IMG/VR virus record: IMGVR_UViG_2681813205_000017
Location: 1-13,300 of that record
Direction: 5' to 3' (one strand)
From: a virus
Lineage: Duplodnaviria; Heunggongvirae; Uroviricota; Caudoviricetes
Length of the DNA: 13,300 nucleotides
Shown: positions 6,578-13,300 of the stretch, piece after piece
Numbering within the stretch: the stretch's first letter is position 1
Layout of the letters: each line of letters begins with the position of its first letter
Program-made: the position numbers and the translations under genes
Notes under the pieces: generated by a model
Seen by the model: the letters and a program-made list of their open reading frames with translations, nothing else
Databases searched by the model: none
What the model was told of the DNA's origin: nothing

Positions 6578-6774
6578 AAGCCTACCCCCTGACGAATACG
6601 GGCAGCGAATACCATCACGCAGCCAGCCGGGGATTGCAGGCGTGCTTCCTGTTCGCTGGTGGCCTCAATGGTAATCACGCGCGGTTGTGCAGTGCTCAGG
6701 GCGATAAAACGCCAAATGTATTTATTCAGGTTGTGCGAGTCCCGCCCTTGCGGGTGTGTGGTATGATTTCTCAT
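6574..6774 (-). CDS. Candidate small ORF (66 aa), putative first gene of the early operon
   Basis: Not listed separately in the ORF track; it is the C-terminal end of the spurious 381-aa ORF. ATG at 6774 with a GAGG ribosome-binding site 6 nt upstream; stop overlaps the next start (ATGA); ~100 nt downstream of the predicted - strand promoter. Confidence 0.4.
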   Translation of the reverse strand: MRNHTTHPQGRDSHNLNKYIWRFIALSTAQPRVITIEATSEQEARLQSPAGCVMVFAARIRQGVGL

Positions 6775-6872
6775 AGCTACCTCGATACTCTCGTTATCGT
6801 TGGTGGTTAGAAGCCCCGTTACTGCTCCTACAGTGCGGGGTTTCGTCGTTTCTGCACCTTGCATTAACAAGG

Positions 6873-6950
6873 TGTAAGTAACTTTATTTATAGGTGGCTT
6901 ACATGTCAATGCTTTTATGTAAGACTTTTTATGTGTATATTGTCTTACAC
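6873..6950. promoter_or_regulatory. Divergent switch region: four TGTAAG / CTTACA operator half-sites overlapping a - strand TTGACA-N17-TAAAGT promoter
   Basis: Half-sites at 6873 (TGTAAG), 6898 (CTTACA), 6919 (TGTAAG) and 6945 (CTTACA), alternating in orientation. On the - strand a perfect -35 TTGACA (complement of 6904..6909) and a -10 TAAAGT (complement of 6881..6886) with a 17-bp spacer. Confidence 0.5.
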
Positions 6951-6970
6951 TTTCATTGAGAGGATTACAG

Positions 6971-7276
6971 ATGGCTACAGGTTCAAAAAACGCAAAATCA
7001 CAATCACTGACAGCTCGGATCCCGCATGATGTTATTGAAGGCATGGAATCCGTAAAACTGGACGGTGAAAGCAACGCCGGATTCATAGTAACCGCCATGC
7101 GCGGTGAAATCGCCCGCCGCCAGGCAGAAGGAAGCGGAGAAAACCTCCTGATTTCTTCGCTCAATGCACTGGCGCAGGTGGAAAAACTCGGAATCAAAGC
7201 CGCCGAGGAGATCGGGCAGCTCGTCACTGTCGCACGTGAAGAACTCCAGCGCCGCAAGACTAAAGAACCAGAGTAA
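6971..7276 (+). CDS. Putative transcriptional regulator, candidate repressor of the early operon (101 aa)
   Basis: ATG at 6971 with a GAGAGGA Shine-Dalgarno. Divergent from the - strand operon and immediately downstream of the operator cluster. Function is inferred from position only. Confidence 0.55.
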   Translation: MATGSKNAKSQSLTARIPHDVIEGMESVKLDGESNAGFIVTAMRGEIARRQAEGSGENLLISSLNALAQVEKLGIKAAEEIGQLVTVAREELQRRKTKEPE

Positions 7277-7318
7277 TCACCATCAGCGCCGTGGTGTAAG
7301 GTATTACGGCGCATTGCT

Positions 7319-7507
7319 ATGCAGGACAACACAATGACCGATAAAGAATTGACCAAAACATTATCACCGGCACGGAAAAGACGGCGCAGAAAGATAGAGC
7401 ATGAATCAGAAAGATTCGCGCCATGTGCTTTTGCCCTTGAGCAATTCCTTAAAGAGTACAGGGAAAAGCGCTCATTGCAGGTATGGCAACGAACTGAACC
7501 AGACTGA
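7319..7507 (+). CDS. Small basic protein (62 aa; alternative start at 7334)
   Basis: ORF following the regulator on the same strand, with a Lys/Arg-rich stretch (ARKRRRRK). Followed by an intrinsic terminator at 7603..7630. Confidence 0.4.
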   Translation: MQDNTMTDKELTKTLSPARKRRRRKIEHESERFAPCAFALEQFLKEYREKRSLQVWQRTEPD

Positions 7508-7602
7508 TAGCATTGCCCACCAGCCTGATAGCGACTATCATTGCCGTTCTTATGTTTGGGATCACACACACAAACGGCGCAGCGGGTTATCTGTTCAGAA
7601 AG

Positions 7603-7630
7603 GCGGCTCCATTTCGGGGCCGCTTTTTTT
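7603..7630 (+). terminator. Intrinsic terminator for the + strand regulator genes
   Basis: GCGGCUCC ... GGGGCCGC stem (one G-U wobble) with a 5-nt loop, followed by seven T. Confidence 0.6.
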
Positions 7631-7776
7631 ATGTCTGAAAAACCCCAATTTTGTTGTTTTTCAGTTTCACCAGGGCGAACGAATCCCCGCCCACGTTCTG
7701 GCGTATATTCAATCTTCATGGTTATAGCTCTGTGTTCAGATGATTGATGTGTGGCGGCTGCGTGCCGCCAGCGTGA

Positions 7777-7965
7777 TTAATGAACTGCCTTGCAGCTATC
7801 CTTCCAGGCCAGAACCTCGGATAAAGACCAGCCAACGGAACGACCGCCAAGTTTACGACGTGATGGGAATTGTCCGGCCTTTTCCAGGCGGTAGCGACAC
7901 GTACGGCTAAGGCCGGTTAGTTTTTCGCATTCTTTTTCACGTATAAACCGATCAGTGCTTAACAC
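7777..7965 (-). CDS. alpA: AlpA-family phage regulator / excisionase-like protein (62 aa from GTG at 7965)
   Basis: CEKLTGLSRTCRYRLEKAGQFP ... GGRSVGWSLSEVLAWK matches the AlpA helix-turn-helix signature. The ORF track starts at a TTG at 8046, but a GTG at 7965 has an AGGGGGG Shine-Dalgarno and gives the typical AlpA length. Confidence 0.75.
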   Translation of the reverse strand: MLSTDRFIREKECEKLTGLSRTCRYRLEKAGQFPSRRKLGGRSVGWSLSEVLAWKDSCKAVH

Positions 7966-8238
7966 TATTGCCCCCCTTTCGTTTCTTAAAGAGTCATCAG
8001 GTGTCTTATTGTGTCGTATTGTTCCCGCTAGAGTGATGAATGGCAAATATTGAGGATGTATGATTTACAGAAAATGAAACAGTAAGAATAAAATCTTTTA
8101 AATTCATGTTAATACAAAGGCATAAAATATTGTTTCATGCCTTTTTTCTCACGCGTTAAAGCGTTATTCGCTAATGTATAAAAAAACAGTCACACAAATA
8201 AAATCAGTCACTTATAAACCTGTGTACTTTTTCGCCTC

Positions 8239-8288
8239 TTGTTCGTGGTTGTTCCACGTTGTTTCACATTGTTCGCCGTTGTATCTGT
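8239..8288. repeat. Five tandem 10-bp units each beginning TTGT (helically phased) between int and alpA
   Basis: TTGTTCGTGG TTGTTCCACG TTGTTTCACA TTGTTCGCCG TTGTATCTGT, an exact 10-bp period. Confidence 0.6.
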
Positions 8289-8330
8289 GTGCTTATCCAG
8301 TATGCGCATACTGAAAAAACACGAAAAAAA

Positions 8331-9548
8331 TTATTTTCTTCTGGCTGCTGGTAGTGCGGTTACGTTTTCATGTGTTCCCGCCAGTATCCCTAACCGCTCC
8401 ATCCACATATCCAGCGCATTGCGTTTAGCATCCAGATAACGGGAATGATTATAAACTCGCTGCATTCCTGGCATCTGGTGGCCTGTAAGCTGCTCCACGA
8501 CATGCGGATCAACGCCTAAATCGTTCAGCATGGTTGTAAAGGTGCGCCGGATGTCATGCAGTGACCAGTGAGGATGATTAAGCCTCCTGTGCGCTAATCT
8601 TCCATACTGCGATACGCTGGCCTCCTGTTTCACTTCCCCCAGCAATAAGCCCGTGTGCCTGTTCTGCTCCACCAGCTGCGTGACGAACGGCAGTATTGCT
8701 TCCGGTATGGGCCGGAATATTGCCACCTTCGTTTTGCTGTGTTCTTTCGGCACGGTCCAGAGCATTTCGGTAAAATCCCACTCGCTGATCTCCGATAACC
8801 TCAGTTCTACCGTCCGGCATCCGAACACAATCAGGAGGCGGATTAACGCGATGTAGTAGGGGGAGAATATTTTTTTGTCCAGTGCCTGCAATAATTCGCC
8901 CAGTTCTTTGGTGCTTAAGACACGCTCGCTTATATCCGGTTTTTTCCCAACGTCCGCCACACTCATATCATCAAGAACGTTGCTGATTGCATAGCGCCGC
9001 CTCCGGCAGAACTTAAGCGCCTGTTTGCACGTCTGTAGCAAGAATCCGGCAGTAACAGGCGTTCGCTTTGCCACCTGGTCAAAACAGGCCAGCCAGTGCC
9101 GTAGCTCGCATTTATCCAGCGGCATAGCACCAATGTGCTGTATTACGTGATTATTAAGTCGCCTTTTCAGGGCGATATAATCCACGCGGTTTTCCTTTAC
9201 GTAATACTCAAGCCAGTAGGTGAGCGCATCGCCAACCGTTACGGGCTTTAACGCTTCCTGTACGGTGTAATTCATCTCATGACGTGGATTTTTCCCCTCA
9301 GCCAGCCATGTGCGACACTGTGCGGCTTTTTCCCTGGCTGCTTTCAGGCTCAGATCAGGATAACTTCCCAGCTTAATGCGTTCGGGTCGTGTCTCCCTTC
9401 CCGTTCCGGCCCTGTATGTGAAATACCAGGTCAATTTCCCTGATGTTAAATATTTCACGCTCAGGTTTCCGCCATCACTATAAAACGTGTTTTTCTCCGC
9501 TGGCTTACCATGAAGTTTCCTTAGCAAGGTATCGCTCAGTTTGTTCAT
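8331..9548 (-). CDS. int: Tyrosine integrase, P4-like family
   Basis: N-terminal arm-binding-type motif (KPAEKNTFYSDGGNLSVKYL), C-terminal catalytic region with HDIRRT and VYNHSRY (R, H-x-x-R, Y). Start is probably the ATG at 9548 (MNKLSD...); the ORF track uses a GTG at 9560. It is the outermost island gene next to the junction. Confidence 0.85.
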   Translation of the reverse strand: MNKLSDTLLRKLHGKPAEKNTFYSDGGNLSVKYLTSGKLTWYFTYRAGTGRETRPERIKLGSYPDLSLKAAREKAAQCRTWLAEGKNPRHEMNYTVQEALKPVTVGDALTYWLEYYVKENRVDYIALKRRLNNHVIQHIGAMPLDKCELRHWLACFDQVAKRTPVTAGFLLQTCKQALKFCRRRRYAISNVLDDMSVADVGKKPDISERVLSTKELGELLQALDKKIFSPYYIALIRLLIVFGCRTVELRLSEISEWDFTEMLWTVPKEHSKTKVAIFRPIPEAILPFVTQLVEQNRHTGLLLGEVKQEASVSQYGRLAHRRLNHPHWSLHDIRRTFTTMLNDLGVDPHVVEQLTGHQMPGMQRVYNHSRYLDAKRNALDMWMERLGILAGTHENVTALPAARRK

Positions 9549-9584
9549 TGCTCTGCTCACGTTTTACCCCCTCTTTACGAAAAA

Positions 9585-9650
9585 GTGACTACACCAGTGA
9601 CTACACCGATCGTTGCACAAAGGGCTACAACGTGAAACAAGCTGGAACAA
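9585..9650. promoter_or_regulatory. int upstream region with a 12-bp tandem repeat (GTGACTACACC x2) and four 10-bp phased units ending ACAA; candidate arm-type or regulator binding sites
   Basis: GTGACTACACCA GTGACTACACCG at 9585..9608. CGTTGCACAA AGGGCTACAA CGTGAAACAA GCTGGAACAA at 9611..9650, which is the reverse complement motif of the array at 8239..8288. Confidence 0.45.
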
Positions 9651-9757
9651 GGAAAATCACAAATCTGTTGATAATCAAAAACATAATGCACAGCCTGAAA
9701 CATTATGAAACAGCAAAAAACACTAAATGATAAAATGCTGTTATTCTTAACCCGCTG

Positions 9758-10642
9758 GTGCAACACATGGTCCGCTGGCGAGTGCCGCGTGTACTGGCGG
9801 TGTCGATTTTGATGACCATCATCGTGATGGCGATGGTGTTGCTATTAGCTTATCTGGGTTCCGCGCTCAACGAGTTGACGCGGACGTTACCGCAATATCG
9901 CAACTCTATTATGACGCCGCTGCAAGCTCTTGAGCCGTTGTTGCAACGCGTAGGGATTGACGTCTCAGTTGACCAGCTGGCGCATTACATTGATCCGAAC
10001 GCGGCGATGACGTTGCTCACCAACTTATTGACGCAGTTATCTAATGCCATGTCATCAATATTTTTATTGCTGCTGACGGTGCTGTTTATGCTGCTCGAAG
10101 TGCCACAATTGCCCGGAAAATTTCAGCAAATGATGGCGCGTCCGGTTGAAGGGATGGCGGCGATTCAACGTGCAATTGACAGTGTTTCTCATTATCTGGT
10201 GCTGAAAACAGCCATCAGCATCATCACCGGCCTGGTCGCCTGGGCGATGCTCGCCGCACTCGATGTTCGCTTCGCTTTTGTCTGGGGATTGCTGGCCTTT
10301 GCGCTTAATTACATCCCTAATATTGGTTCAGTTCTCGCGGCAATCCCCCCTATCGCTCAGGTACTGGTGTTTAATGGCTTCTACGAAGCGTTGCTGGTGC
10401 TGGCGGGATATCTGCTGATTAATCTGGTCTTCGGCAATATTCTGGAGCCGCGCATCATGGGACGTGGGCTGGGGCTTTCCACATTGGTGGTATTTTTGTC
10501 GTTGATTTTTTGGGGATGGTTGTTAGGACCGGTGGGTATGCTGCTTTCCGTGCCGTTAACAATTATTGTCAAAATTGCGCTTGAACAAACAGCGGGAGGT
10601 CAAAGCATCGCCGTTCTGTTAAGCGATCTCAATAAAGAGTGA
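9758..10642 (+). CDS. tqsA: AI-2 exporter TqsA (YdgG), 5'-truncated by the island insertion (294 codons retained)
   Basis: Translation matches recalled E. coli TqsA from its internal [15 protein letters not shown] segment to the C-terminal SDLNKE. An in-frame TAA at 9731..9733 lies directly upstream and there is no native N-terminus or ribosome-binding site. The ORF-track start is an internal GTG. Confidence 0.8.
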
Positions 10643-10662
10643 CGGCCTCCGCAGAGGCCGTC
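10641..10662. terminator. Shared stem-loop between convergent tqsA and pntB (GACGGCCTC-cgca-GAGGCCGTC)
   Basis: 9-bp perfect GC-rich inverted repeat lying exactly between the two stop codons. Confidence 0.55.
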
Positions 10663-10666
10663 AGGG

Positions 10667-12058
<1,392 letters not shown>

Positions 12059-12065
12059 TTACCCC

Positions 12066-13300
<1,235 letters not shown>

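Larger units (their letters stand above)
1..9736. mobile_element. Integrated phage-satellite-like element (PICI / P4-type), integrase-proximal part; left boundary outside window
   Basis: Contiguous block of phage-type genes all ending at an integrase next to the point where tqsA homology resumes (~9737). int-alpA pair, helicase plus iterons and capsid genes. Conserved E. coli genes pntB/pntA/tqsA lie immediately to the right. Confidence 0.8.

Noticed and set aside
6574-7719. 381-aa - strand ORF, the longest unassigned ORF in the window
   Set aside because: Overlaps the + strand regulator genes and the operator and promoter region, has a Ser/Arg/Cys-rich non-protein-like composition, and would run through an intrinsic terminator. 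Only its last 66 codons look genuine and are reported separately.
7753-7769. GGCGGC-tgcgt-GCCGCC hairpin just beyond the alpA stop
   Set aside because: Considered as an alpA terminator, but no U-tract follows on the - strand. Left uncalled; it may be an mRNA-stabilising stem or a Rho-dependent region.
1-9736. Interpretation as a complete lambdoid prophage
   Set aside because: No cI/cro/N/O/P/Q-type genes, lysis genes or terminase were seen, and the int-alpA plus helicase-iteron layout is satellite-like. This cannot be fully excluded because the left part of the element is outside the window.
9561-9757. Search for a tRNA gene at the island junction, the usual P4-type integrase target
   Set aside because: No tRNA-like sequence seen (no T-loop GTTCGAATC-like motif or acceptor-stem pairing). 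The junction instead lies within the tqsA ORF.

Overview
Escherichia coli-type chromosomal window. The right ~3.5 kb is conserved core genome: a 5'-truncated tqsA (AI-2 exporter, + strand), then convergent pntB and the C-terminal ~80% of pntA (both - strand). The left ~9.7 kb (1..~9736) is the integrase-proximal part of an integrated phage-satellite-like element (PICI / P4-type architecture) inserted inside the tqsA coding sequence; it continues beyond the left edge of the window. Reading in the direction of transcription (right to left) it carries: a P4-family tyrosine integrase; an AlpA-like regulator; a divergent two-gene regulator module with TGTAAG operator half-sites; a translationally coupled cluster of five small unknown genes, one containing a G10 tract; a RecA-fold replicative helicase followed by an iteron origin; SSB; a PerC-family regulator; a terminator-insulated 74-aa moron-like gene; and a capsid operon with a lambda gpE-like major capsid protein and a gpD-like decoration protein. 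No rRNA, tRNA or CRISPR array was seen. All homology calls are from reading the translations and recalling family motifs; no database search was run.
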